Positions 38,046-58,030 of a stretch of 64,000 bases of DNA are shown here, piece after piece (position 1 is the first letter of the stretch; each line of letters opens with the position of its first letter). Origin of the DNA: Octopus vulgaris (taxonomy: Eukaryota). Where the stretch lies: contig OX597826.1 of the NCBI GenBank assembly GCA_951406725.2, positions 52,700,001 through 52,764,000 on the forward strand, written 5' to 3'. The notes beneath the pieces were generated by a model, which saw only the letters and a list, made by a program, of their open reading frames with translations, was not told the origin of the DNA and ran no database searches. Made by a program: the position numbers and the translations under genes.

Positions 38046-39560
38046 ATAGAGAGATAACAGAATTCTGCAGAAAATTAAGACCCACAGAAGCATCAACCAG
38101 TTTCAATACTGAAGATGACACACTAGTCAAAAACAAAAGTGAACACATTCCCCACAAAGGAAGAAATAAAGACCTTGACGAGTTCCGCAACCACATTGAG
38201 AACTTTCCCTACCATACTATACATAAGCAGACAGTTAACTCAAATTTTAGCACTGCACAATAGAAGGAACTGATAGAACTTCAAAATGATGAAGATATAA
38301 CCCTTAAGGAAGCAGACAAAGGAAGTGTAGTTGTAATAATGGACACATTATACTAGAGAAATCTAGTAATTTCCTTGCTTGATGACAATCAACATTATGA
38401 AAAAATCACCAACTACACACTGCAAAAAGTAATGAAAATTCTGTCCTCACTAATTAAAACCCATGGAAAGGAACTGACAACCGAAGAGACTGACTTTCTA
38501 ATCAACTTTAAATGCAAACCTAGCCTATTCTATGGTCGGCCAAAAATATACAAAAGCCAAATTATAAATGAAACCATTAAAAAATCTTCAAAGACATACA
38601 TACAGACACCTAACCTGAGGGACCTAAAACTACGATCCATTGTAGCTGGCCCAGCCTGTGAAACACACAGACTAAGTCTATTTATGGACATCCTCCTGAA
38701 ACCCTTCCTTAAACACATCGATAGCCATATCAGAGATGACTTGGATATGTTAAATCACCTTCCAAAAAAGTCAAGGAAGAAACAATCATAGTTTTATTTG
38801 ATGTAGTTAATTTATATACCAGTATACCTCATAATTATCGACTAGAGACAATTCAGTTCTGGCTGGACCAATTTCCAGAAGAAATACCAAAAAAGATCAG
38901 TAAAGAATTCATTACTAAATCGGTTGAATTCATCTTACAAAATAAACACTTCATGTTTGACAATACGTTTTACCGTCAAAAATCCGGAATTGCTATGGGT
39001 ACAAGGACAGCACAAGTCATTGAGAACCTAACAATGGGCTACCTGGAGGTAAAAATATACCAGGAATCTTTATCGACCTTTGGAAACCCCCTTTCTCTAT
39101 ACATAAAAGAGAATTGGAAAAGATTCATGGACGACCGTTTTATACTCTAGAATGAAAACACAGATAAACTCCTAAAATTCAAAAACCTATTGAACAGCGT
39201 CAACCCAAACATACAGTTCACAATGGAGTACAACTAAAAGGAGATTCCATTCTTAAATATACTAATGAAAAAAATTAACCTAAAAATAGAAACACATATT
39301 TTACAAAGCCACAGACGCCAAACAATACCTACTTTTTGATTCATGCCACCCAAGACACTCTAAAACAAACATCCCTTTCAACCTTGCAAGAAAGATATGC
39401 ACAATAGTGTTAGAACAAAATGCCAGAAACTTTAGACTACAAGAACTCAAAAACACTCTAGAAATCGACATAGAAACTTTAAGAAAAGTTCAACACAACA
39501 TACCTTCCCCGAAAATACTGCCTTACATATCCACATACAACCCCAGAAACAAAGAACAGC
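38046..39560 (+). mobile_element. PLE reverse transcriptase (Neptune-like), inactivated
   Basis: EADKGSVVVIMD, FYGRPKIYK, LRSIV, FDVVNLYTSIPH, YRQKSGIAMGT, WKRFMDD, SCHPRHSKTNIPFNLARKI, LPYISTYNPR. Confidence 0.92.
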
Positions 39561-40080
39561 TTGTTCCTAAATAATACTAATACCAGGAAACATCCCCACC
39601 CCCCCCCCAGCTGTAATTGTAGAATTACATGTCTGGTATCTGGTCGTTGTCTGATTCAAAATGTAATTTATAAATGTACAATAATGACTTTAAATGATAG
39701 CTATCTTTATTTCGGATGTTCGATAGACCTAAGAAAACGTTTGAACAACCATTTTACTTCTTTTAGACTTAAACATAAGGCGGGTTGTACGACGATGTCC
39801 AGTAAAATTTGGGAACTGAAAGAAAAATATCGAATTTAACCTAAAATGGGATATAATAGGAAAGGCACAGCCTTATAAAAATAGTAGAGATGGATGTGAA
39901 CTTTGTTCTATGGAGACATATGAAAGTTTAAAACAGTAATAATACAAACTTATTGAATAACCGCTACGACAAACTTATTGAATAACCGCTACGACAAACT
40001 TATTGAATAACCGCTACGAACTGGGAGCTCTTGTATACATTGTGCTACCCGTACGTTTAAGTATTTTAAATAATAACATT
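39561..40080 (+). pseudogene. PLE GIY-YIG endonuclease (Nematis-like linker)
   Basis: CNCRITCLVSGRCLIQNVIYKCTI...YFG...RKRLNNHFTSF...KIWELKEK...LKWDII.KAQPY....CELC. Confidence 0.85.
39944..40018 (+). repeat. 3 x 25-bp perfect tandem repeat
   Basis: acaaacttattgaataaccgctacg three times, no spacers. Confidence 0.97.
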
Positions 40081-40249
40081 CTGACCATTTCTAAATGTTC
40101 AAATCCTAATATTTTGTAACTAAATAAAAAATTAATATACCATACTAGCTTTTATTTAACCTGCATAGATTACTAAGAAATTTCATTATATATATAAATC
40201 TGAATATAATGAAATTAGAATTTTTTTGATACTCTCCTATATAGGATGG

Positions 40250-40760
40250 AAAAAATTCTATATATATAGGGAAATTACTTGGTTCATCTTGATTACCTCC
40301 TTTCCATTATTTTTTTAATATATCTTATTGACTCCTGATATATTTACTAAATTGATAAAGTTTTTCTCCACAGTTAGTAAATATTATGTCTAACATATTC
40401 TTTTAATTCGACTAATTAATAAAATAAATAACCATTTACTAGCTAATTATGATTCTATATTAATAGAAATGGATATATATATATTCATATAAATATGAAA
40501 TAATTGCAAAAAATTCTATATATCTAGAGAAATTACTTGGTTCATCTTGATTACCTCCCTTCCATTACTTTTTAATATATCTTATTGACTCCTGATATAT
40601 GTGCTAAATTAATAAAGTTTTTTTTCCACAGTTAGTAAATATTATGTCTAACATTCTTTTAATTCAACTCATTAATAAAATAATTCACCATTTACTAGCT
40701 AATTATGATTATATATTAATAGAAATGAATATATATATATTTATATAAATATGAAATGAT
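40250..40760 (+). repeat. ~258-bp tandem duplication in the PLE 3' region
   Basis: aaattacttggttcatcttgattacctcc...accatttactagctaattatgatt twice. Confidence 0.92.
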
Positions 40761-41342
40761 TTCTATATTTTCTATCCCTATATAAGATGCTAATATTTAT
40801 TGAAATCCTTTAGAAAATTATTTAAAGGATATTTACTTAAATTTCTTAATATAGAATCTGGATGTTAAATGGTAAGGGACATTGAAAACCTCTAGAGCAT
40901 TAGTAGTCTATGTTACCCCTACCCCTCTAACTTTAACTTACTAGCTTTTTGCTATAATACATTCCAATATATCTAAACTGAATTCCTCCAAATGGGAATG
41001 GGTTTACGGTTTTGACATTTGTACTACCCCTTCCTATATCTATAAATAGAAAAAAATTCTTTGTCTCCATCCAACCAAAAATAAAAACCCCTCCCCACTG
41101 ACAGATCTAAATAACAAAGTGAACTCAATGATAAAATCTACAGTCAGAGAGTGAATATACTACTATTATATAATGTTGGCAGATGAAATAGGGATAAAAA
41201 TGTGCATTGTCTGTTTGATTGGAAAATTCTATAAGTGGCTGAAGATTGTTCAACATTTTAAAACTGATGTAATAATTAGAGTGTTTAATAAAATGAAGTA
41301 GCATGACACAATTGTACTATTCTACCTTGGATATAGTTGTTG

Positions 41343-41405
<63 letters not shown>

Positions 41406-41450
41406 ACATATATACATATATATACATATATATATATACATATATATATA

Positions 41451-41516
<66 letters not shown>

Positions 41517-41567
41517 TTATATATGCATCTATACGTATGTATATATATATATATATACATATATATA

Positions 41568-42460
41568 CATAGTCTGATCAATAAGTATCCGGACTGTTGC
41601 TAGTAACGAAGCTAAATCACGCAGAGTAAAGTAGCTTGACACAGATTGACCATAAACTCTGCTGTGCATGCGCACTAAGTTTTAACGTTGTAGCTCACTT
41701 CCACTGTTTACACCGGTGCTTGGAATGAAAGTGTGTAGCGTGTGATAGTCGCATTCAGCATGACAGGGAAAGTTGAGCAGAGAATCTGTCTCAAAGTTTG
41801 CCAAAAATTTGGTGATAGCTGCTCAAAGGCCTACGCAATTTTCAGTAAGTTTTCATCGTTCTTAACACAGTCAAGGAGATCTTAGTGCAACTGAAACCCG
41901 ATTGTCTTCCTGGTCAGCTGAAAGTAGTTTTGGCACAAACTTAGCAGACACGCGTCTCATACCCTAATCTTCAGCGATAAAACACTGAACCATAACTAAT
42001 CTGCACATCCCCTGATAACTTATGGAGGGTGATTCGACGATTTCCCCTCACAGTTGCACGCACATCTGCGATGTTATTTTTTTCAGTTATGCTGGTTGCG
42101 GGTCTCCCAGAATGTTCCCCAATCTCGACATTTTTCGGCCATCTTAAAAACGTCTGAAACACTCGTACGTTTGTGTGCGTCTCATACACTCCTCTCCATA
42201 CCCTTTCTGCAACTTTGCGTAAGCGTCTGAGCAGTTATCACCATAGAAACTTTCTCTGTCATGGTCAATACGACGATGACATGATACACATCTTCCTACA
42301 AAATACTGTTGTAAACAGCGGAAATGAGGTGGAACGTGAAAACTTAGTGCGCATGGACAGCAGAGTTCAGGGTCAGTTTTTGTCCAGCGAATTCACTCTG
42401 CGTGATTTAGCTTTCTTACTATGGCAAGAGTCCGGATATTTTTTTATCAGATCTCCTATG
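41568..42460. mobile_element. Fold-back mariner derivative built from 5' ends
   Basis: ~140-bp diverged inverted ends; MTGKVEQRICLKVCQKFGD on +, HTH fragment with SGRPATS...RRIT on -. Confidence 0.85.
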
Positions 42461-42469
42461 TATATAGAT

Positions 42470-42662
42470 ATATGATAGATCGTTAGCTCCTACACGCATT
42501 TTTTTCTCTCCTTGTTTTTTTCTGTGTATCTTTCTGTCGAAGAGCGTAGGCTCGAAACATAAAAGACTTTTTCTATTTCTATTCCTGAGAGCTATACTAA
42601 TACATATTTTTGTTTGTACTCCACCTGCCTTCGTCTTTTGTTTATTTTCGTAAACTTTCTCG

Positions 42663-42665
<3 letters not shown>
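42470..42665 (+). mobile_element. Short HHR-bearing element, paralog of 35497-35695
   Basis: cttt CTGTCGA A GAGC gtag GCTC GAAAC ATA aaag at 42530-42565. Confidence 0.75.
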
Positions 42666-42734
<69 letters not shown>

Positions 42735-42735
42735 G

Positions 42736-42956
42736 TTTCTTTACTACCCACAAGGGGTTAAACATAGAGGGGACAAACAAGGACAGACAACCGGATTAAG
42801 TCGATTACATCGACCCCAGTGGGTAACTGATACTTTATTTATCGACACCTAAAGGATGAAAGGCAAAGTCGACCTCGGCGGAATTTGAACCCAGAACCTA
42901 ACGGCAGACGAAATACGGTTACGCATTTCGCCCGGCGTGCAAACGTTCCTGCCAGT
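42736..42956 (-). mobile_element. SINE family A
   Basis: Matches reverse complement of 30123-30355. Confidence 0.9.
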
Positions 42957-43054
42957 TATATATATGTGTGTGTTTGTGTGTGTGTATTTGTGTGTTTGTG
43001 TGTGTGTGTGTGTTTGTGTGTGTGTGCGTGTGTGTGTGTATATGTATGTATATG

Positions 43055-43087
<33 letters not shown>

Positions 43088-43987
43088 ATATGTATGCTTA
43101 TATATATGTATGTATATATATATATATACACTCGTATATATATATATATATACACTCGTATATATGGATGGATGGATGGACAATTTAATTACAATTTAAG
43201 ACTGCAAAATTTATATGCAATTTCAAAACAATGGAAGATAACAGTTTGAGTGTTTGAGAGTAATCATCAGAATCTTTAGACAGTTATATGTTTTTCATAG
43301 AAGAGTGATGAGTGTGGATAGAATAAGACTGAAAATTATCAATAAACCTAGAGAGAGTTTAGAATCAGGTAATGAAAAATAATGAATAATCAATGATTGT
43401 AAGCAGATGTTAATTCTCTGGGAAAGATTTGAGCAGATATATAAAGGAAAAGCGGTGATGGCTGATGTTAGCTAACCAAGTGGATGAAAATTGTTGTTAA
43501 CCGTCCAAGACAAGACAGGTACAGCAAGGATGCATGTCAAAATACATTCCCGCCAAATCTCTAAATATTCGATTCATAAAACCAGTTCAAACCACAAGTC
43601 TACACTCAGATTATTCCCCCTTATACTCAGCTATCACGCTACTGAAACTACTGTTAACTCTAATGCTACTCACCACTATACCCAACTCTCAAACTTCTTA
43701 GCCCTACACTCAACTCTCAAATAAGGGCTATCCACTAATTCATGAAATACTCACCATATGTATAATAAAAGGTAAAAATACTGCGCTAGATACTAATCAT
43801 ACTAACCAAACCGGTACATAGGCAAACTTAAGAAGTTTAGAAGAACAACATATTTACATTAATAAACTTTTTCCGTGAATATATACGTGAACATCTCTCA
43901 CATTCTCAAACCACATACAAAACCTCATATGCAAATAGTATCACAGTCAGATCTTCCAACAATTCTCTTAATACATACACACATACA

Positions 43988-44039
<52 letters not shown>

Positions 44040-44129
44040 CGAGCACACACACACAAACAAGCACACACATACATGCACACATGTGTGTGTGGGAGTGTGT
44101 GTGTGCGCGCGTGTCTATGTGTGTGTGTT

Positions 44130-44181
<52 letters not shown>

Positions 44182-44199
44182 CTTAACACTAGAAATTTT

Positions 44200-44640
44200 A
44201 CAGGAGGAAATCTGAAAGCGCAATATCAGTTGAATATGGCGGGTGTATGGCAAAATTTCCAAGTCAATTCCCAGTATCTTCTGTCGAGCCTGGAAAAAGT
44301 GCGCGGCCTGACATTGTAGTCATGAACGACAATACCCTTTACAAGTACCAAGTTGTGGACGCTCTGATGAACCACCGGGTTTGATTTGTCCAGCCGGCCA
44401 CAGTACACATCCGAATTGATGGTCTTGTTCGTGGGAAGAAGCTCGTAAAAGACATCTTTCCAATTCCACAAAATTAAAGGTATAACTTTACATGGAGGTT
44501 GTTTGTCGTGGTTCGGCGCACTTCCCTCATGGTCGCTTGCATTTTATGTCGCTATAGACGATCCACTCCTCGTCCTATATCACCAATGTCTTCAAAAAAG
44601 TATTGTTTTCTTCACTCTGTAAAAACCAGTTTATCTCAAG
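44200..44640 (-). pseudogene. mariner transposase catalytic-domain fragment
   Basis: WNWKDVFYELLPTNKTINSDVYC..LDK...KGIVVHDYNVRPRT; EILPY. Confidence 0.85.
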
Positions 44641-44908
44641 CCCACCCGCGGATTTACAATATAGAATTTTGATGAACCATAATTTTGGATCCTAGCAAAA
44701 TATTACTTTCAGTAATATTGTTAGCCTGGTGTACCAAAAGACTGCATATTAAGTATTTTGCCCAGATTGACAATCCCTCACTATTTGTTCTAGGTACCGC
44801 GCAGTGGGACTGCATCCCAAACCACGTGATTGCAAAGCGAGGGTCTTAACTACACAGCCGTGCATGCACCTTCTACAGATTTGAAACTAATATTACTGTA
44901 AGTACATA

Positions 44909-45124
44909 CGCGGTGGTGCTGAAAAGCTCCTGGTTTTAAAGGTATCTCGACAGGCCTGGTTGCAGAACCAACCTTCCGATGTTTTTTACGAGGTTTAGAT
45001 AAACTGAAGGACCGCTGCATTAAGTGAGTGAATCTGCGAGGGGAATATGTTGAATAAGATCATAATTTACTGATCCTCCTGTATTTTCCTTTACGCAAGC
45101 CAGGAACGTTTCAGCAGCCTCTCG
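44909..45124. mobile_element. mariner MITE
   Basis: TA cgcggtggtgctgaaaagctcctgg ... ccaggaacgtttcagcagcctctcg TA. Confidence 0.85.
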
Positions 45125-46368
45125 TAAATATATTCCAGGTGCCTTAAAAATATTATTTCGATACTAGGGGAATTACAAGCGTGTTTCGTGGTCTGCTACC
45201 ACAACAGCTCCTTTATAGGATCCAGTTTGCTCAAGACACCATCAGGCGGAACCACGTCCGGTTTCGTCCCCTACTCCTCTACAGTTTTGACGTGGCGGTG
45301 CCCCCCCCCAACTTTCGGGGGTGTCTTCAGCTCTGGTGTTGGGTGCATGTCTTCTTTCTTCTGTTCCCTGGCCTCTTCGATGTATCATCAGCGGGTGTCA
45401 GCCGGTGACTGACTGACTTGCCAAATTTTTCCCTTTAAATACTACAGAATATAGCAATGATTTTGTAGCCAACACTGTTTATGTAAACAGATGAAAACAC
45501 CTTGTATTCCAATACAATATATTTGTGTAGAGAAGAAACGAGGTCATATGAACTGGCAAGGTCTTCAAAGGTAGATAGCCTGAGAAATCCGAACTCATTA
45601 TTAAAAGTATTCCAAATTTTCCTTTTTTTTCTATCCATAATCCAAGGCAAGGTGTTTATATCTGTCTATGTATAGTGCTGAACAAAAATATAGATATAGA
45701 TATTGTGTAGCAGAGAAAAATTGATATAGATAGTAAACATAATGCCCATTAATCTGTATGTAAAAGAATTTACTTTAATTTAGAGACTACATAAAATTAC
45801 TGGTGAAATTAATAGCGTACCTTGATGAAAGATTGAAGAAACTTTCTAATTCAAAGAAAGAAAAACAACATCAGCTGTCTTATATCAGAGGAGTCAGAAT
45901 TAATTAAGCAATAAATAATCAGTTAGAGCTGTACTTGAGTGAATTAATCATATGCTGAAGTGTATATATTGCTGGAGAGTAATTTTATCTAAAATCACAT
46001 CAAAACAATTATATTAAATTTTGGTTTATTTCGTAAAGTCAAAGTTTTCGTCGCGCCTCTGCGTCGTTGTTATTGCTTCAGTTCCTAATTGTAGTGTTAT
46101 AATGAAAATTCTAAACGAAATAATAAAAAAATGAACAAAGGAATAATAAATTGGTGTCAACAGGTTTGTAAACTTACAAAGCTATTTATAAATATATTGT
46201 AATTTAAATAGTGTTCCATTGTGCATACATGATATTAAATAATATGAAAAGTAATGAACCTTCAAACAGATAAATGTTTCTAATACAACTGTTAAACGTC
46301 TATCTTTTTATTACTTTAGATCTATGAGTTTTCAAGACTAATAGAAATGCCACATTATTGCATTTCAG

Positions 46369-46684
46369 TCCGCATGCCCTTTCTAGTATTGCGTTTTCAA
46401 AAATATAAAATTCCGGAAGAATAGCATCACTAAAGGATATTTATTATTGTTAGAATTGCGGATGTTCATATAGAGTGAAAATAAACACAACGGAGAACTA
46501 CGCGATTTCCTGCTAATGGGAACTATATGGATGATTTCCTAAGAATACCATACAGATAGACGCTTATAGTTGGGTCAACCGAAAGAAAACAAAGAAATTG
46601 TTTAAACAAAAGTATTGAAGTACACCCAATCTATAACAGCCCCATCTTAGATCGATTTTTTGGTGAGAGTATATCTTTTTTAAG
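46369..46684 (+). other. Candidate non-coding/UTR exon
   Basis: Branch-like actaat about 28 nt upstream, acceptor gcatttcag|, donor aag|gtatgt; lies in a ~2-kb repeat-free block; no ORF. Confidence 0.3.
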
Positions 46685-47625
46685 GTATGTACATAATATT
46701 TATATTATTGAAATACACTTTCTATGAAATATCTATCTTCTACACACACGAAAGGCAATAGGTTCATCGATTGCTTAAAATACATTTATGATTAGATCAA
46801 TACAAATACCATAATTGGAAATAGGACGGAAAATTTAGTCACAATTTCGTTAATACACTTATCTAACTAAATACTGTTTGACATTTTCATGAAAATTTCT
46901 TTTCAATTTACAAAGACAAACAATTAAATACAACTAAAGATAATCTTTATGAAAAACTTTTTGAATGAGCAACAATAAACGATAATAATAAGGACAGAAG
47001 AAGGCGGGGCCTGGGAGGAAAAAATAGTTGTGCAAGGAGAATGTCGGGGGTGGGATAGATGGCAAGAATGAAACTTGGGAGAAAATGTTATAGATGGAAG
47101 TGAGATAAGAAAAACGTGAAATGTTTTGTTTAATTTGAGAAAGGAAAGTTTAAAAAATCTTTGAAGTCCTGTTTTCGATAATAAAACAAAACTTTACTCA
47201 GTTTTGGTTTTGGTATATGATAATTATTGAAAGTCTAGCACAAATTTGACAAAAGATAAAGATTAACAATGGTCGGATGCAAAAAGACTGATTTACAGTT
47301 CTGCAGCATTTCCTTCATTCAATTCTCGTTCCAAATTAAAATCTTACGAAGAATTTCCCTTGACAGGAAAAAATAAAAACCAGCATGACAGTTCTAAATA
47401 TAGGCAATGTTAGCTTTAAAGCAAAGTATATGCAATGATGTAAAATAGAGCTCATTGAAGTACAGAGTCACACGTAAAATAATTACAACAAAATGAAAAG
47501 TGATAATATAGAGAAAGGAATATTATTGGGAAAGGGAATTCTAAAGATGTGTATATATATACTAATGTTTGTTTCTATGTTCAATTATAATTCAAACAAT
47601 TTTACATTAATCTTAGGTGTTATAC

Positions 47626-47666
<41 letters not shown>

Positions 47667-47699
47667 TGTGTGTATATATGTGTGTATGTGTGTGTGTGT

Positions 47700-47750
<51 letters not shown>

Positions 47751-48104
47751 GGGTGTGTATGCATGTATGTATAACAAAGTAAAGTTGTAAGATACCGCAC
47801 GAGTGGAAATGTATATGAAAGAAGGTGTGAAAATGCAATTTTAAAGATGTTTATTCACTTGATCGGTTTGACTTTTTTCGAAAAAGATTGTCAAAAGAAA
47901 AATGTAAAGCTTTGTATAAACTTTGTTGTGTTAAGTACTGGTTGTCACAAAAGTATTAACATACGTATGTACATTCTTTGATAATAATAAGAAAATGTTG
48001 AAAACAGTTTACAAGGAAATATCTTGAGAATATATTAAACAAAATGTATTAGGAGTCCCAAATAAATTATGTTTGTTTGGTAGTATATAGATAGATAGAT
48101 AGAG

Positions 48105-48140
<36 letters not shown>

Positions 48141-48187
48141 TGATAAAGCTATATATATATATATTTATGTATATAAAATAAAATAAA

Positions 48188-48428
48188 TGCGCCCTTTTAA
48201 AGCCTAGCCAGACTCATGGGCCCGGTTTCCCGGTTTCTATGGCGTATTCTCCAGCTGGACTGAAAGCCAGTCCATCACAGCGTTACTCCTTTTTGCCACC
48301 TGAGTGGACTGGAGCAACGTGAAATGAAGTGTTTTGCTCAAGAACACAACGAGTCGCCCGGTCCAGGAATCGAAACCACAATCTTACGATCATGATGCTG
48401 ACACCCTAGCCACTAATCCACGCACCTC

Positions 48429-48429
<1 letters not shown>
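48188..48429 (-). mobile_element. SINE family D (tRNA head, CORE-like and V-like segments)
   Basis: Reverse complement ggaggtgcgtggattagtggctaggg (A-box)...ggtttcgattcc (B-box)...gtgttcttgagcaaaacacttcatttc. Confidence 0.88.
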
Positions 48430-48463
<34 letters not shown>

Positions 48464-48538
48464 GCGTGTATATGTGCATGTAGAGGTAGGTACGTACATA
48501 TATGTTTATATATATATGCATATGTTTTATTCTATTTA

Positions 48539-48615
<77 letters not shown>

Positions 48616-48657
48616 ATATACATATAGGTAGATATTTTGATAGATAGATATATTAAT

Positions 48658-48701
<44 letters not shown>

Positions 48702-49489
48702 AGATAGATAGACAGATTAATCAACCTGGCGTCTGAAGGACGATGATATTAAGAATATTATAACTTGATCCATAGTAAGGCACGCAAAACCATACAATAT
48801 GATTTCTAGGAGATGCCGAATCTGCTCCGAAGAACCCCTGTCCATTCTGTGGACCAATGAGAAGATAATAGAATTTCTGAAAGACTTTCAAGATGCCTAC
48901 ACGCATATAAATATACTTTTGTACAATACAGTGGGAATGATTTTGGGTAACTGTTAATATTAGTTTCCCAAACGTATAGATAAATTAAGTTTAGCTTTAA
49001 GCCCCCCCCATTCTTATAAACATCAAGTAGCAATTTAACTCACTTTATGATCGCGAGTGCACCAAAGGACACGTGGGTAATGCTTACATTTTCGTGGATT
49101 CTTCTATGAGCGAATCTGCACACGCCATGCCACTTGCGCGGGGGCGTTTATACATTCCTATCTGTTAATGGCTATTTTTTAATACTTTTCTCGCTGTATT
49201 GCGTGTTCATTTCGTTTTTGCGTCTGCGATTTTATTTTTGATCTATAAAAATGAAGATATTTCCTTCCTTTTGCTACTTGTCTTTCAACGAAATAAGAAG
49301 ATGCATTGCGGAACTACTATTTTAACGAGTTGTATCTATTTATCAACCAATGTGACATATCTGCATCGCCGGATGTTCCTAAACCGGTTATTAAGTGCTC
49401 CAACCATGAGAGATCAATGCTAGATGTATCGAAACAATTGTCTATATTAATAAAGATTCTCGTATATCCCATCATTCCTCTGACATTTA

Positions 49490-55430
<5,941 letters not shown>

Positions 55431-56202
55431 ATGTAGACATAGATGTAATTTAATCAATTTATGAGTGTATAAATGTTTCTATATTATGTCTATGTACGAG
55501 AATCAAAATTCCTTGAAAAAACACCGTGGTCAAATAGAAATCAACGTTGTGTTTCTTTCCTTCTTTCAATGTTAGGTCGCATTTTTGTTGTTATTTTTGT
55601 TTTTCTTTAATTTTTGTTTGTTTGTTTGTTTCTTGAAGAAAACAAAGTAAAGAAAACAAACTTTCTTCGCTTATGCAGAAGAAACAAAATAGCTAGCGTA
55701 GAGGACATTGACCTGACAGAATTTTCTTATCAATACAACAAGCATACATGCACATGCACACAAAGGAACGATAACCCAATGACATACACTCGCACACAAT
55801 CATATATACATGTATCAATGTAAACACACACACACACACACACACACATGTGTCTGTATGTGTGTGTGTGTACATACACATAAATATATATATATATATA
55901 TATACGGGCGCGCGTGTATGTATGAACTTCGACGGAACTGTCAATCATTATATTTAAGTAAAATAGCACAGTTCTTGTTTTTCTTTTATACTTTTCCATG
56001 AAGGAAATGTTGCAATAACTTTCAATTTGTTTCAATTTGCAACTCCATGTATTACTGCCGACAGCATAACGATGGCGGTTAAACTGAAAACTGTTACCAC
56101 CCCCTCTTGTTGTGAGTGAATGTGCATGTGGATGTGTGCGCGAGTGTGTTTGTGTATATGTATATCTATCTATCTATATATCTATATATCTATATATATG
56201 CG

Positions 56203-56234
<32 letters not shown>

Positions 56235-56238
<4 letters not shown>

Positions 56239-56539
56239 CGCGATCACCGTGACCAGGCTATCAGATGTTGCTACACATCGCTGATCACAATGCGCTTCGC
56301 ATTGTTTTAGCCTTCAAATGATGCCACCCCGCTGGCTAAGCGAGCAGGCCAACAGAAGAAAGAGTGAGAGAAAGTTGTGGCGAAAGAGTACAGCAGGGAT
56401 CTCCACCACCCCCTGCCGGAGCCGCGTGGGGTTTAGGTGTTTTCGCTCTCTAAACACTCACAACGCCCAGTCTGGGAATCGAAGCCGCGATCCTACAACT
56501 GCGAGTCCGCTGCCCTAACCACTGCGCCATTGCGCCTCC
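56235..56539 (-). mobile_element. SINE family C, full length
   Basis: Reverse complement ggaggcgcaatggcgcagtggttaggg (A-box)...gcttcgattccc (B-box); 3' end shared with 5921-6038 and 35095-35148. Confidence 0.9.
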
Positions 56540-56596
56540 ACATATATATATATATATATATAATATATATGTATGTATACATATATTTATGTATAC

Positions 56597-56630
<34 letters not shown>

Positions 56631-57419
56631 ATATATATACATATATTTATATTTATATATATCTAAAGGTATAGATAGAACGATAGCTACGTTCGTAGTT
56701 AGAGAGAATGAGAGAGAGTGAGAGAGAAAGAGATATAAATTCATTCATTCATTCATTGACTGGTTCATTGATAAGACGAATGCATGGAAGTATTTACATA
56801 GTGTGAATATAAAAGGGATTTTGGTTGCATGCTTTTCATTGATGAAGTTTCCATCATGTACCATGTTTTCGAAATTATCCCACCCTTTTGTTCAGTTCAG
56901 CATTGTCCCGTTGCATTGTTTCTAGCATAGAGTGTCAAAGATAGTTTAAACGATATGATGTGATTGTTTTCTATTGTAAAACTTTACTGACATCCATGAA
57001 GACATCAGGCAAATCTATGAAGAGGTGGCTTCTACGTCCCTCAATATCACCTATACACGCATAACTAGCTATATGCATGCTCCATATACATACATGCAGT
57101 AACGTCGTTTACTGTTCAAACGAAGATAGCGTCACTTCTACTAAAATATCCAAGACTATAGTTGTTCTAAAATCTTATATAGAAATTATTTACGACTCTG
57201 TGTGTGTATATGTATATATGTATGTATGTATGCATGTATGTATGTATGTATGTATGTATTATGTATGTATGTATGTAGGTATGTATGTATGTATTTATGT
57301 ATGTATGTATGTATGTATGTATTATGTATGTATGTATGTATGTATGTATGTATGTATGTCTTCTATTTTTTAATTATTATAGATCTTCCACTTTGGGATG
57401 TGGTTAACATAGACAAATT

Positions 57420-58030
57420 CACATTTGGAACTTGAGAGAAGTCTTACGTAGTTTTACTGTTCCCCTCACAAATTGGACTTGTAATGTACGGATCAGCCGA
57501 TCAATTTCTCTTTCTGAAAATCCCAGTTTATCCAGATTCTCCTTTAAGCATTTGCTAATAAAATCTAGTGCTCCAATTATTATTAGTATGGATAAAAATT
57601 CATAGTTTGAATATAGCAGCTGGAGGTTTCCAAGCAGTTATCCACATATATCTTCTTTTTCTTTGATTTTCAAAGAGACATTTATATCTGCAGGGCACCT
57701 AACCTCTATAATGGTGCATACCTTTGTCCCTTAGCCCCAAACAACAATATCCGGCCTGTTATGCTTATATTTGACAGAGGTTTTGATGGTAATATTCCAC
57801 CAGTATTCCATGAGTTGGTGTTTATAAATATATTCCATAACAGAGGGATTTTCTAAGTTTATTTCAAGACAGTCTTTTCTGCGGGTGGCATTGCAAATTG
57901 TTTTAGAAACAACATCGTACCGCATAGGGAGGTAGTAGCGTGACAACATTTTAGGATAGCTGCTAATCACATGCGTAATGTCTTCCACAACAGTATGACA
58001 GCGTACACACGCGGTTGCACCATGGGATTA
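57420..58030 (-). pseudogene. R4/Dong-like RLE LINE 3' end
   Basis: C...EDITHVISS, RYDVV, HNRPDIVVW...CTIIEV.CP.D.N...K..EK (PD-(D/E)xK endonuclease), IIIGAL. Confidence 0.85.

Noticed and set aside
39944-40018. 25-bp repeats as a possible CRISPR array
   Set aside because: No spacers, no cas genes, eukaryotic context; slippage duplication inside the PLE endonuclease.
43200-43960. Possible highly decayed PLE thumb region
   Set aside because: Similarity too faint to call by eye.
45180-45420. GC-rich segment with 74-75-aa ORFs
   Set aside because: No recognisable domain; may be a LINE ORF1 fragment, but I cannot support that.
47001-47016. GC-box ggcgggg as a promoter element
   Set aside because: Isolated motif without other promoter evidence.
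56460-56539. tRNA gene (also heads at 48350-48429, 19960-20037, 4092-4165)
   Set aside because: Each continues into a repeat body and lacks a full cloverleaf and terminator; these are SINE heads.
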